DNA of 64,000 nucleotides from contig NC_069004.1 of assembly GCF_001194135.2 (NCBI RefSeq), positions 19,526,343 through 19,590,342 of the forward strand. The letters are read 5' to 3'. A program made the position numbers and the translations under genes. Below are positions 24,270-37,822 of this stretch, in pieces. The notes beneath the pieces are model-generated. The model did not search any database and was not told the DNA's origin. It saw nothing but the letters and a program-made list of their open reading frames with translations. Each line of letters starts with the position of its first letter. Position 1 is the stretch's first letter. The stretch is from Octopus bimaculoides. Its lineage: Eukaryota.

Positions 24270-24715
24270 TTATGACGACAGTGTTCTTCTTAAAATTGCA
24301 CAGTGCTGATTAATGTTTATTTTTTACTATTTCTTTGAGGCTTGGTTTCCCTAGTACTATGTCTATAAATTTCTCTGTTCTTTTCTTTTTTACCCTGTGT
24401 ACCCCTATGAATTCAGATATCATAGTGGTTGTTGTCTTCCACATTTTGACAGTCTCCGTACCTAAATCTTTGTATTTCTTCATTTTACTAATTTCTTCAA
24501 CTGTGACATTGTTGTCCGTGGGGTCACCCATATCAGGATGTAAGTTTTATCCATATGGTTTTTTTAACAGTTATATCAGGACAATTTGCCTTGATGGTTC
24601 TATTGGTAGGATTTTTTAAATCCCAGAAAGGTGATCTGGCTAATTTCAGTGACTGGTTGAGGAAAGTGTTCAAACTAGTTCTTAGACAACTTTTTCCCAT
24701 AGTGCTTGCAGATTT
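24270..24715 (-). mobile_element. 5'-truncated non-LTR retrotransposon C-terminus with a restriction-like endonuclease (RLE) domain, R4/Dong-like
   Basis: Across frameshifts: ICKHYGKKLSKN*FEHFPQPVTE / WDLKNPTNRTIKANCPDITV / DMGDPTDNNVTVEEISKMKKYKDL / AILRRTLS. These match the HYG..WYEH.P, NRPDI, and KxxKYxDL RLE motifs. Confidence 0.8.
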
Positions 24716-26394
24716 ATTATTATTATTATTATTATTATTACTACTAGTAGTAGTAGTAAAGCGTTGAACTGGCAGAATTGTTAGCATGCTGGATGAAATG
24801 CATAGTGGTATTTTGCCTGTCACTACATTCTGAGTTCAAATCCTGCCAAAGTTGACTTTGCGTTTCATCCTTTTGGGGTTGATAAAATAAGTGCCACTTG
24901 GATCGGTGTAAGTAACTTTGGAATTTATCATATAGCTTCAAAATTAATCATGCAAGAATTAATCATATAGCTTTAAAATTTCAATGATATGATTGTGTAG
25001 TTTTAGAATGACATTGTAGGGTCTATGTGATAGGCCAGATCTAGCTGTTTGAGCATAAAACTGGTAGAATATTTGGGCTGGATATGGCCAGTTTAAACGC
25101 TATAATTTAGTTGGCATTACAAAATTATCCTGGTGGCAAACTTCAGTACATGATATATCACACCTTTGTATAGTGACAGCTTCTACACCTGTAATCACTA
25201 TATGTCATCTAATCAGTTCAGATAAGAAGCAATGAATGACATTTTGGCATTGAGTTCCCCAGTTAGTCCTGAATGAGTAGATTTATGATCATACGCATTC
25301 CTATCGTGACCATGTCTTCTTGTATTCATCCAATGTGTTCTTCATCTCATAAAATACCAAGGTGTAATTTGAAAGACATCTGGTTGCTATATCTAGCAAG
25401 TCAAATGATGATGTAGAGGCTTCTTCTTTGGCTTGTTATAAAAGTTATTGAAAGTAATAGCTGTCTTTGTTTAGAGCAATTGTTCTCAACCATTTTTTTT
25501 AATCTATGGACCCCTTTGGTTACTATTTTATATTCTGGTGGGCTCCCTCAGCTATTCGATGTTTAAAAGCTAGTTTTACAGATACTTCTTTCAAAATTCT
25601 TATTTTGCTTTTCACACATTCACTTGAATTGTTAGCATGTCGGGCAAAATGCCATGCGTCATTTTGTTGATCTTTATGTTGTGAGATCAAATTCTGCCAA
25701 GGTCAACTTGTTGCCATTCATCCTTTCAGGGTCCATAAAATAGGTGTCAGCTGAGCACCGGGGTCAATGTAACTGACTAGCCCCTTCACTCAAATTTACT
25801 GGCCCTGTGCCAAAATTTGAAATCATTATCATGATCATGTTCGTCATTACCATCATCATCATCCTCATCATCTTCAACATAAATTTTACGTGTGCTTCTG
25901 TTGTTTACTCTGAAATCAGCCTTGATTGAGCAGACTTATGATCAAAAGAATTCCAGATGTGACTGTCTTATCTTTTATTCAGACAAAGTGTGACTAGGAT
26001 TACATTTTCCAGTGTAGTGGTTCTCAAAATCTTTTTAACTTTTGTGGTGCACTGGAGATCAAACAAGTATGGAAAGTATAAAAATTTAAAGGATGAAAAC
26101 TGGCATGGCTACGTGGTTAAGAAACTTGCTCTGCATTCATGTTGTTTTAGGTTCAATCCCACCACATTGCAGTGGGACTGAACAAGTATCTTCTACTTTA
26201 GCCCAGGGCTGATCAGTGCCTTGTGAGTGAATTTGCTAGATGAAAACTGGAAGTCTGTCATGTATGCAATGCAATTCAGTGCACTTATAAGTGGATGTTT
26301 CACATTGGCCCTGTTGGAGTCATTTCCATACATAATCATATTTTGTAGTAGGGGTTCTGAATGAAAGGGGAAGATGTGAGATGACCACCAAAAA

Positions 26395-26880
26395 TGGCTG
26401 TGCAAAAGTTTTCAGCCACCTCACATAAACCAATCAAGATACAGTGTTTTAAAACAGAAAAATATCATTTATTACATAATGTTCACTTCAAGAAGTTACT
26501 GTACATTGTTAATAATTTGTGTGGCTTCCCTTAGCTTGAATAATTGCTTCAATGCACCTGGGAAGAGATGCATGCAAATTCTTCACCATCTTCACAGGTA
26601 TGAGATGCCCTTCTCTATTGCTGAATAACCACAACTCTTCAAAATTGCACGGATTCTTTTGATGAACTCTTCTCTTTAGTCCTGTCCACATTTGCTCGAT
26701 GATATTTAAGTCAGGGTTCTGAGCTGGTCAATCTTTCAATACGGTAACACCTTCATCAGCCACACTCTGTTGTGTTACATGCAATCTATGGCATGGAGCT
26801 CTGTCATGCTGAAAAATCTCAGCTTCATCCAAGTCTGGTATCAAATTGTATTTGGCACTATTCAAGTTACCGTCTGCTAG
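26395..26880 (-). mobile_element. Decayed Tc1-like transposase C-terminus with part of one TIR
   Basis: FQHDRAPCH...VLKD*PAQNPDLNIIEQMWTGLKRRV...SLPRCIEAIIQAKGSHTNY*. A TIR-like gtgcaaaagttttcagccacc lies at about 26400-26420. Confidence 0.88.
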
Positions 26881-28452
26881 GTTTTAATTTAGATCACTTT
26901 AAAACAAGAACTTTGTATCATAGAATTGTGCAATGGCCTCAGGCAGGTTGATATGATATGGGTTAAGATATAATTTAAGGCTATTTAAGCCTTAAGTTAT
27001 ATATTTCTTTTAAAATCCACAATGTACCTTGACACCCTTTCTGGCACTTTTAAAAGATTAAATTTTGATTTGAGTTCTGATTTATGAGCCCCCAACGACT
27101 CTTAAATTGTTCACCTGTTTCATGAGTGGAACAGGATTTGCTACATCTGCTGCATGAGAAGGCAAAATTTGCAATATAGCGTTTTTATGTTTTCTTTTCT
27201 TGCGAAGTTTGAACATCTCTGATTATTTAAAAATTTTCTTTGGTATATTTTTCTAGAAAAAAAGTTTACTTTGATTCTCTCTTCTTGTCTTGACATTTGC
27301 ATGCTGATTGTTAACAAAGTTATTGTTTATTCAAACACAGTGTCATTTGTTTGCAGTCCTCTGTAAAAACATGTCCTGCCATTGTGTTTATTTTCAAAGG
27401 ATTTGGGACAATATTACCTTACTTGGAAACAAAATAAGGATTGGTGATAAGAGAGGCATCTTTCCATAGAAAATCCACCTCAACAAGTTTCATCTAACCC
27501 ATGCCAGCATGGAAAAGTGGATGCTTACATGATGACAGAGGTGGTGGTGGTGGTGGTGTCTCTCACCTCCTGCTGATGTTCAATGGGATATCAGCTCTAT
27601 TGAACTCACAAATTCGATGGAGTTTGCAAGCTCTATAAGCACTACCCTTCTTCCACATATTATCCCACTGGCTGTTATTTGGTTTTGCTTGACATATCTT
27701 AATATTCTGCAAATTCTAGCACAACCAGCTCAAGTGTATCACTGGTATTTCCATTGTGGCATAAACACCATGCTCAATCGCTCCTTCTCACAGCAAAAGG
27801 AATATTAGCTATGCAAGCTTCACTTGTCCGATAGGACAGACCCTAGGCACAAGTTCTACTGCCAAGCCAAACCAGTTTAAAATTTACATGTTCTGTAACT
27901 TGCTAAGTCACTGGCATTCTGCTGAAGACCTCATAGTGTATCCTGGACAAGTTAAACTGCCAGAACTTGGCTATCTCTAAATTATAGACATACAGGATTT
28001 TGCTTGAGCAAAGCCAGCTTACTGTGTTTTTGTTACTAGATTACTGAGTTGCACCTACTCATAGTACCTATTTATTGCTAGATGGACTTGCAAGCTAAAT
28101 ATCTTGATACAATATAGTATTTAGCTCGTGGTTAGTAACACTGGAATAAATCAGCTACATTATTATCACCTTTCCTTTCGTGTGTGTATGGTCGTGTGGG
28201 TAAGAAGCTTGCTTCCCAACTATGCAGTCATGGTTTCAGTTCCATTATGCAGCACTTTGGGCAAGTGTCTTCTAATATAGCTTCAGCCAATGAAAGCTTT
28301 GTGAGTGAATATCGGAGAAAGAAACTCTAAGTGTGTGTACATTTCTCTGTTGGTGTTGGTTTGTTTACATTCCTGTGACTTAGCAGTTCAGCAACAGTGA
28401 CTGTGATCTCTTCAACTAAATCCTTCAAGGAAGTGCCCCAGCGCATGCATGG

Positions 28453-28496
<44 letters not shown>

Positions 28497-28695
28497 TTAT
28501 ATATGTATATATACATATACATACATATATATATATGTGTGCATTTAAATGTATATATATATACATACATATGTATATTTGTGTGTCTATATATATATAT
28601 ATATATATTTATTTATGTATGTATATATATATATTTATTTATGTATGTATATATATATATTTATTTATGTATGTATATATATATATTTATTTATG

Positions 28696-28774
<79 letters not shown>

Positions 28775-29735
28775 GCATATATATGTATGTCTACACATAT
28801 ATGTATACATATATGTATTCATATGTATGTATACATATATATCTATCTATATATATATATATATACATGTATACACACCTGTACATACACATATATGCAC
28901 ATACCCATATACATGCACACACACACACACATAAATACATATGTATGTATATATTGCCACAGATGTAGCTGTGAGGTAATAAGCTTTTTTCCCAATCACA
29001 TTGGTCCATATTCGGGCCAACCAAAGAGTTGTGAGTGGATTTGGTACATGGAAACATCTAGCTGTGTGTGTGTGTGTCTTTGTGTCAGTTTTTGTTCCCT
29101 GTCGCCACTTGACAATCAATGCTGGTGTATTTGCTACCTGTGACTTAGCAATTTTGCAAATGAGACCAATAGAATAAGTACCAGACTTTAGTAAAAAAAA
29201 AAAATTTAAAAAAAAAAACGGGAACAATACATTCAACTAAAAAAATATATATATATATAGGCGCAGGAGTGGCTGTGTGGTAAGTAGCTTGCTTACCAAC
29301 CACATGGTTCTGGGTTCATTCCCACTGCGTGGCACCTTGGGCAAGTGTCTTCTACTATAGCCTCGGGCCGACCAAAGCCTTGTGAGTGGATTTGGTAGAT
29401 GGAAACTGAAAGAAGACCGTCGTATATATGTGTGTTTGTGTGTCTGCGTTTGTGCCCCCCCCCCCCCAAATCGCTTGACAACCGATACTGGTCTGTTAAT
29501 GTCCCCGTAACTTAACGGTGTGGCAAAAGAGACCGATAGAATAAGTACTAGGTTTCCAAAGAATAAGTCCTGGGGTCGATTTGCTCGACTAAAGGCGGTA
29601 CTCCAGCATGGCCACAGTCAAATGACTGAAACAAGTAAAAGAGAATATATATATATATTGTAGGCACCCCTGGACAGACAGATGTGTGTATACATGCATG
29701 AATAAAAGTGTATCTGTGAAATTATATATGCATGG

Positions 29736-29767
<32 letters not shown>

Positions 29768-30269
29768 ATATGTATATAAATGTATTTGCATATCTATTTA
29801 TATAATGTATTCCTGTGTTGATATAAAATGCATGTATGTATATGAAAGTATATATACTCGCATCACAACGGAAGAATGTGTTACTCCAGAACGATTGAAT
29901 TAGCCGAGCTAATGCATATCACTGACTGTAAGGCACAGAAGAATCAGCAAGATGTAGAGAAATTCTTACCAAAGTTCCAAGAGTATCTGTCCTTCTATTG
30001 GAATTAATGTAAATGATACAGAAAAAAAAAAAAAGAAAAAAATTAGATGTAAGGAGAAAAAAAGTATATAACTTTATATAAATAAAAATACAAGGAAAAA
30101 ATAGTAAAACAACAACAACAATGAGAACAGGCCTACCTGTAAAGTTATGTATAGTTGTTGTTATGGTCAAACCAAACCAGTTTCTAGCAAGTTGTTATCA
30201 ATATTGGTTGCTAACTGTCCATTCTTAGAATTTCGGGCCATTAGAAACTGCTTTCATCTGCAGTTTGCT

Positions 30270-30552
30270 TCTTTTATTTTTTGCTTTCTTAATTTCTTTT
30301 ATTATTATTTGTAAACTATTTATATCATTTACATTCTCTTTCCTCTTGTTTTTTTTATCTCTCTCTTTCTCTCTCTCTCTCTCTCTTTGATGCATTTTCT
30401 CTCATATCTTTTACTCTTGCCTATCACACACTTAGCCTTTTTCACTCTTTATCTAGCTCTTACTCTCTCTCTCTCTCTCTCTCTCTGACACATTTTTTAC
30501 TAGCTCTGTCTAAACTGCCTCTCTTTTCTCTTGCTATAGTATTGTTTCCCTG

Positions 30553-30583
<31 letters not shown>

Positions 30584-31030
30584 CCTCCCCCTACCTCTCT
30601 GTTTCTTTTCTGTATTTTCTTATCCTTTTCTTTTCATTTCTAGACCTCCTCTCTCTCATTTTCTCTCTCGCTCTCCCTGTCTGGCTAACCCCTCTTCCTT
30701 CATAATTCTTCTACTCTCTTTCTCTTGCTCTCTTCTCTTCCATAATCTTTCTCTTCACTCAACCTCTCCTTTCATATTCTCTCTCTCTCTCTCATTCTCA
30801 TATTTTATCTCTTTTTTTTCTTTTAGACCAATTTGTTTTACATTACTTTTTTTTCTACCAGTCTTCCCCCCCCACCTCCTTGTCTCTCACACACACACAC
30901 ACTGACAGCCTTGCTCTTCTATCATTTCCATTTTCTTCTCAATCTCCTGCATTTCTCTGTTTGTTCACCCACTTTCCCCTCACACTCCCCTCTGTCATTC
31001 TCTCACACACTCTCCTTTTTTCTTTTATAT
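30270..31030. repeat. Long pyrimidine-rich (CT)n-containing low-complexity tract
   Basis: Read directly. Confidence 0.85.
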
Positions 31031-31418
31031 TTATTAATTATGTTGATGATTATTATGTATGTTGTGCAGCTGTCGATTTAAGATAGCTTGGCTCTCTTAC
31101 TCCAGTCCTGGCCTTTCTCTCTCACCCTCTCCCCGTCGTTATTTCTCTCCTCTGCAGCTCCTTTCCCTCCACAAGAAGCAAACACACACGCGCATGCACG
31201 CACACATGCACGCATGCACGCACACTTCAACTTAGCTGTTACTTCAGATCTAGCCTTTCTGTCTCATCTCATCTTGTTTCATTTCTCTTTACCTTACCCC
31301 CACCCCACTTCAAATTTCTCCTCTTCTCATCCTTCCCTCTATAACACACACACACACACAAACTACAACACATAAAAAAAAAATTTCCAAAACAAAAAAC
31401 AAAACAAGTAAACACTGC

Positions 31419-31612
31419 ATACACAAACTACCACACACGCACACACAAACTACCGCACACACACACAAACTACTGCACACACACAAACTACCGCACACAC
31501 ACACAAACTACCACACACACACACACAAACTACCGCACACACACACAAACTACCACACACACACACAAACTACCGCACACACACACACACGCAAACTACT
31601 GCACACACACAC
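31419..31612. repeat. Minisatellite, about 9 units of (AC)n-AAACTAC(C/T)(G/A)C, period 18-26 nt
   Basis: The aaactac motif recurs, separated by variable-length CA runs. Confidence 0.9.
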
Positions 31613-32560
31613 AGAGTGAGGATTGTGATAGTGTGTTGTATGTCTGCAGTTTACAAATCGTTCCTGTAACACACATAGCTTCTGGCTTTTTACTTGCTGC
31701 TTTCAGATACTAAGCTAATTTGTAGTCACCAGTCTTTCTCTCTCTCTGCATGTGTATGTGGGTATATATTTGTATGTATGTATATGTGCTTGTGTATGTG
31801 GGGTTTATATCTGTATGTATGTGTATGTGTGTTTGTTGTGGAGTTTTGTCATCTCTATTCTTTCTCTCTCTCTCTCTTTGTTTCTTATTCTCTTTCTCTC
31901 TCTCTCTCTCTCATTCTCTGTATCTCTCTGTGTCTCTCTCTGTCTCTCTCTGTCTCTCTCTGACTTTCTTTCACTTGTTTGTATTCATCATATCTCTTGT
32001 TAGTTGCACTACTATTAATGATAATGGTAGTGGTGGGGATGATGATGATGATGATAGCTGCAATACTGGTGACTAATGTTGATGGTTGTGGTGGTTGTTG
32101 AGCTGGACAATGTGTTATTTGTTACTGCTGATTAGTCTTCAGGTTCAACCCTAATTAAACAAATCTGTAGTCAGTAGCGTTTCAGCCATGACCCTCCTGC
32201 CTTTTTAGAGTTACGTCTAGGTTTGCCTTCATTATCTACTGTGTCCAGTCCTTATACCCTTATACTACATGGTTGTTGTTTGAGGAAGATTTGTCTGTTA
32301 TTTTTAGCAAATTGAATGACGTGTAAAGGCTTTCTCGTTGTGTTATTTAACCCCAGGTCAGCTCTGGTGGGACAGACTTATGATCAAAAGCATTCTTGCC
32401 ATAGCCATCATGTCTTTTTTCTCTTTTACTCGTTATACTAATTGTCCCCAGGACGACATTAGCCAATATCTAGTGTCTGTCCTTTCCTGTTTAAGAGGAT
32501 ATAGGGTGATTTCAGGGAAGTTTGGCTGCTATTTCTAGAAGATTAATTGACCATATAGAG

Positions 32561-32801
32561 CAGCAGTTCTCAGCCATTTTTTTTTTTTACCTATGGATCC
32601 CTTTGACTCCCATTTTACTCTGGTGGTCCCTCTCATAGCCATTTGATGTTTAAAAAAAATCTTTTTTATAATTAACTGTTATTAGGAATTGTATAAAAAA
32701 AAATTCAGATTTTCTCTGTTGTACATAAATTTTAACTACAAAATTTTATATGGCTCCCAACCCCCACCAAGGGTCACATGGACCCTGGTTGAGAATCACT
32801 G
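32561..32801 (+). mobile_element. hAT-type MITE (family H) with 8-bp TSD; related copies at 17381-17624, 25480-25620, 36283-36911
   Basis: TIRs cagcagttctca / ttgagaatcactg. Flanks atatagag and atgtagag match at 7 of 8 positions. Confidence 0.8.
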
Positions 32802-32819
32802 ATGTAGAGGTTCTTTGTT

Positions 32820-33215
32820 GGTTCATCCTTCATTGTATTGTTATTGGTAGTGGTGGTGGTGGAGATGATGATGATGGTGCTAATGATGACGATGATGATG
32901 GTTGTGATAGCTGCAGTGATGGTAATTGTGTGTAATGTGAATAATGTGATAGAAGTGGTACTCACTGTGCTGTTGATGGTGGTGGCAGTGGCGAAATAGG
33001 CTGTAGTTAAGGTGGTGGTGATGATGCTGATGGTTGAGAGGAAGACAAAAGGCTGTGCAATGGGGGGTAGTTGTGATGAATGTGGTGGTGGTTTTGTGTT
33101 GATGATAATGATGAAGGGGGATAACTGCAATAGTGCTTGTGGATAATACTGATGGTACCACAATGGTAGTCATTTTGTCTTTGTTGTTGGTGGTGGTGGA
33201 TGATGGTGCCTCAAG
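32820..33215. repeat. Cryptic (GGT/GAT)n low-complexity tract
   Basis: Read directly. Confidence 0.8.
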
Positions 33216-34593
33216 CAGTGGCCATAAATCCAGCTATATCTGCCCTTATAATAATTTATATTAGTTGCACAAGAAAAAAAATCCCAGGGATCATTTTCTG
33301 GAGATGGTTATCACTCCCATTTACGAGTGCGTATATTTGTTTATGTCTTGTGTTTTGTCTTTTACTCATTAAGTCATTAGACTGTGGCCATGCTGGGGTA
33401 CCACCTTGAATTTTTTAGTCGAATGAATTGACACCCCAATACTTATTTTTTTTGCTTGTTTTAAATCTGGTACTTATGTCAATCCCTTTTGCCAGACTGC
33501 TAAGTTACAGGGATGTAAACATACCAACAGCAGTTGTTAAGTGGAGATGGAGGACAAAGACACACACACACACACATATGTGACAAACTTCTTCCAGTTT
33601 CTGTGTATGAAATCCACCCACAAGGCTTAGGTCATTCCGAGGCTGTAGCAGAAGACACTTGCCTAAGATGCCACACACTGGAACTGAACCCAGAACCATG
33701 TGGTTGGGAAGCAAGTCATGCCTGTGCCTATCCAGATATATTTATAATTATGCCCCCTCTTTTCTTTCTCAGTATTTATGTAATCTAATATATTGAAAAA
33801 TTATTTGATCCTCTTTTTCTTCTCCAATTTTATTTGGGGTTCTTCAGCTCTTATTTCTGCTAATCAAATTCATCTCCCCTTTCATTTTGTACCATTAAAA
33901 TTAATTTTTTACCTTTTCATTTCCATTTATGTTTATCTAAAAGTGTTTCTAATTTAGACACAAAGCCATCAGTTTTGAAAGAATCAACCCCTTGTACTTA
34001 ACTGGTATTTTAAAAAATATTTTTCTTCAGCCACTTCTTTAACCTGTACCATACCTCCCCTGCCAAAAGTCATGATTAAATAATCTGAAATTAGAAAATT
34101 ATTTTATGCTATAAATAGGTACAGGTGTGGCTGTGTGGTAAGAAGTTTGCTTCCCAGCCACATAGTTCTGGGTTCAGTCCTATTGTGTGGTACTGTGGGT
34201 GAGTATCTTCTACCGTAGCCCTGGACCAACCTTGTGAGTGGATTTGGTTGATGGAAACTGAAAGAAGCTCGTTTGTGTGTGTGTGTGTGTCTGCTTGTCT
34301 TGACTTTGATTGTTGTAAATGAGTGTGACTTGTCATACAAGCAGTGTTATTCATTTCCAATATTCTGTGAGAACATGTCTGGCAATGGAGAAATATTACC
34401 TTGCTTCAAAACAAACGAGGGTTGGTGACTGGAAGGGCATCCAACCACAAAAATCTACCTCAAACTTTGACCAACCCATGCAAGCATGGGAAAGTGAACA
34501 TTAAATGATAAAGTTGATGATGATGATGAAAAAAGGAGGAGAGAGTAAGTTCATGACATGATTTTTATCTTTTTTTTCTTCTTTCTTTTGTAG

Positions 34594-34647
34594 TGAACAT
34601 TTTCCCTCATGCTTATGCAAGGAATCAACATTTCCTTAGGATATTCA
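34594..34647 (+). CDS. Candidate 54-nt symmetric phase-1 internal exon, (x)NIFPHAYARNQHFLRIF(x); product unknown
   Basis: Long polypyrimidine acceptor ...tttttttcttctttcttttgtag and donor TCA|gtaagt. Length is a multiple of 3 and only one frame is open. Confidence 0.45.
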
Positions 34648-36282
34648 GTAAGTTTGTTATTTATTACCTATTTAATTATACTGACATAAGGTCACGCTTA
34701 AGTTTTTGTAAATGGATTGAAAGGAGAGTTAAACTCACTGATGTGTCAATGACAAAAACACTTGGTTCGCTTAGCTTTAAACAGGGCACCTGATACCACA
34801 TGGCAGAAAAAACAGCTCACCCTCTTTGTGAGCAGCTGCATTACTATAAATTAGAGACTCATTAATGTAGCTGACAGTCTTGCGTTTCATTCCTCTTGTG
34901 AGTAGAGCTTAGAGAGCTTAGTGAAGGGGAGAGATGAGCATTACTTATATCCATTGCTTAAATATAAAAAACTAAAGGGTTAAGGAACTCCTTGATGCAC
35001 ATTTTTTTGAACCTTGACTCTTTTGATACCAAACCATTCCTGATTCTAAGATACAATCTTCCTGTTTTAAGCCTTTAGAATTTAAACTGGATTTGGCCAG
35101 TTTGAACATAAAGCAGAAAGAATATTTTGGCCAGATATATCCAGTTTAAATCCTAAAATTAATTCTAAATGTAAACAATCACATCATTGAGATCTTAAAG
35201 TTATGAGATAATGCATGATTAATTCAAAACAGTCTGGATAAACAAGCATTACATTTGACAGAGTAACCTGAATGCTAAAGGGTTAAAGTAATCTAGATTA
35301 AAATCTTTCACCACAATTTCATGTTAATTTGTGTTCCAAACTAGTTTGATAATGACAGAATTATTTTACTAAATTCTGTATTATTTTAAAAATTAATTGA
35401 AGCAAAGGCAGTGTATATCAACAGGAGTGGCTGTGTGGTAAGTAGCTTGCTTACCAACCACATGGTTCCGGGTTCAGTCCAACTGCGTGGCACCTTGGGC
35501 AAGTGTCTTCTACTATAGCCTCAGGCCGACCAAAGCCTTGTGAGTGGATTTGGTAGACAGAAACTGAAAGAAGCCCATTGTATATATGTATATATNNNNN
35601 NNNNNNNNNNNNNNNNNNNNNNNNNNNNNNNNNNNNNNNNNNNNNNNNNNNNNNNNNNNNNNNNNNNNNNNNNNNNNNNNNNNNNNNNNNNNNNNNNNNN
35701 NNNNNNNNNNNNNNNNNNNNNNNNNNNNNNNNNNNNNNNNNNNNNNNNNNNNNNNNNNNNNNNNNNNNNNNNNNNNNAACATCGTTTGACAACCGATGCT
35801 GGTGTTTTTACGTCCCCGTAACTTAGTGGTTCGGCAAAAGAGACCGATAGAATAAGTACTAGGCTTCCAAAGAATAAGTCCTGGGGTCGATTTGTTCGAC
35901 TAAAGGCGGTGCTCCAGCATGGCCACAGTCAAAAGACTGAAACAAGTAAAAGATAGAGTAACAAAAGAATTAAGAGAATGAAAGGGTTAATGTTGAACCT
36001 GGCCCTCAGTGGTGAAATTAAATGCTGCAATGTATTTAGGTCAGTGTTCTCCCATGTCTGGTAATTAAGTCACTGCTTTATTAATCACCATTATCTATAA
36101 CTTAACAGACTTTACAACTGTTCAGTGTCTGAATTGTTACTTTTTACATCCAGATTTCTCCATTGCAAGCTACTCATACTTCTTACCATAGCTATTAATC
36201 ATGTTATGTGTGTGTGTGAGTGTAGGAAATTATAACACCATCTAGTTTTATTAGTTATTTACTCATGTTGTACCATTTAGAC

Positions 36283-36911
36283 TAGTGGATCTCAACCATC
36301 TTTTCCTTATAAACCCCTTTGATTCCTATTTCACTCAGGTGGACCCTCAAGGTCATTTGATGTTTGAAAAAATTTCATATTTTTATAATCAAATATTAGG
36401 AATTGTATAAAAAGATTGTTAAAATATTTTGTACATTGCAGAAGAATGACCAGTTTATTACACATAGGTGCAGGCATGGCTGTGTGGTAAGAAGCTTGCT
36501 TCTCAACCACATGGTTCAAGGTTCTGTCCCACCGCACAGTACCATGCTAAAGTGTCTTCTACTATAGCCTTGGGCCGACTAAAGCCTTGGGAGTGGATTT
36601 GGTAGAAAGAAACTGAAAGAAGCCCATCATATATGTCTGTATGTGTTTGTATTTGTGTGTATGTATTTGTGTCTGTGTTTGTCCCCCCCCCCCCATTGCT
36701 TGACAACTGATGATAACTATAACTTAGTGGTTCAGCAAAAGAGGCCTATAGAATAAGTACTAGGCTTACAAAGAATAAATCCTGGGTTGATTTCTTCGAC
36801 TAAAACCTTTTAAGTCAGTGCTCCAGCATGGCCGCAGTTAAATGGCTGAAACAAGTAAAAGAATAAACTTTAGCAATAAAATCTTATATGGACCCCAGTT
36901 AAGAACCACTG
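36283..36911 (+). mobile_element. hAT-type MITE H containing a nested SINE A (36469-36868)
   Basis: TIRs tagtggatctcaac / gttaagaaccactg. TSD atttagac and ttttagac match at 7 of 8 positions. Confidence 0.8.
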
Positions 36912-37822
36912 TTTTAGACTGTTAGTAGTTATTATTCTATATGATTAGGAAATTGTCTTTTGCAACCACATAGTTTCAGGTTCAATCCCCATGCCGCACC
37001 TTGGATGACTGCCTTCTACTGTAACCTCCAACTGATCAATGGCTTACAGAAGAATTTGCTAAGGAAGCTTGTCATCTTTGAAGGTGTGTGACTTAGTGGC
37101 CTGGGTATTCGGCTCGTCATTGTGAGGTTGTGAGTTCAATTCCTGGCAGCACATGTGTGTCCCTGGGCAAGACACTTTATTTCATGTCATTCCAGTCCAC
37201 TCAGCTGGCAAAAATGTCTTGTACTGGTAATTCAAAGAGTCGACTTTGTGACATTGTGTGTCACACTAAATCTCTCTGAGAATTATTTTAAGAGTACACA
37301 GGTCTGTGGAGTGCTCAGCCATTAATTTCACAAGCAGGATTTTCTGTTGATCAGACCAACTGGAATACTTGTTGTCATCTACCAAATTCTCTAATAACCA
37401 ATTGTACTGAGATGGAAATATGAGGGAATTTTGTAGGTGTGTGAATGTGAATGTTTACACTCCACATTCGTTACCAGTTTCTTTAAAGTGAAGTTTTGGT
37501 GATAGTGACAATCCTCGTTGACATGGCCAATGCTCTGTGCTTTCAAAAGGCCTGTGGAATAAAGAAGCCCATTACTTTAAAAACGGGCACAAGTTAACAA
37601 TATGAAGATCATCTGGCTGTAAAATCCTGTCCAAATGCATGTCAGAATGGGGGGGGGGGGAAAGGATGTTGAATAAGTGAAAGAATCAAGACTTTATTTC
37701 ACTTTGCTTTTCTCTTGTGTTACCTTTGGTCGTGTGGTGTTGGGAGTTTGAGTATTGTCCTAAAAATGCCTTTTAGTATTTGCTTATTGTGCTTGAGGTT
37801 CAAATCCACGTCCCATCTGGTT

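Noticed and set aside
31419-31612. CRISPR-like repeat-spacer appearance
   Set aside because: The core is only 7 nt, the spacers are (CA)n, there are no cas genes, and the context is eukaryotic.
32774-33173. Thr/Ile/His-rich ORFs
   Set aside because: They are translations of the (GGT/GAT)n low-complexity tract.
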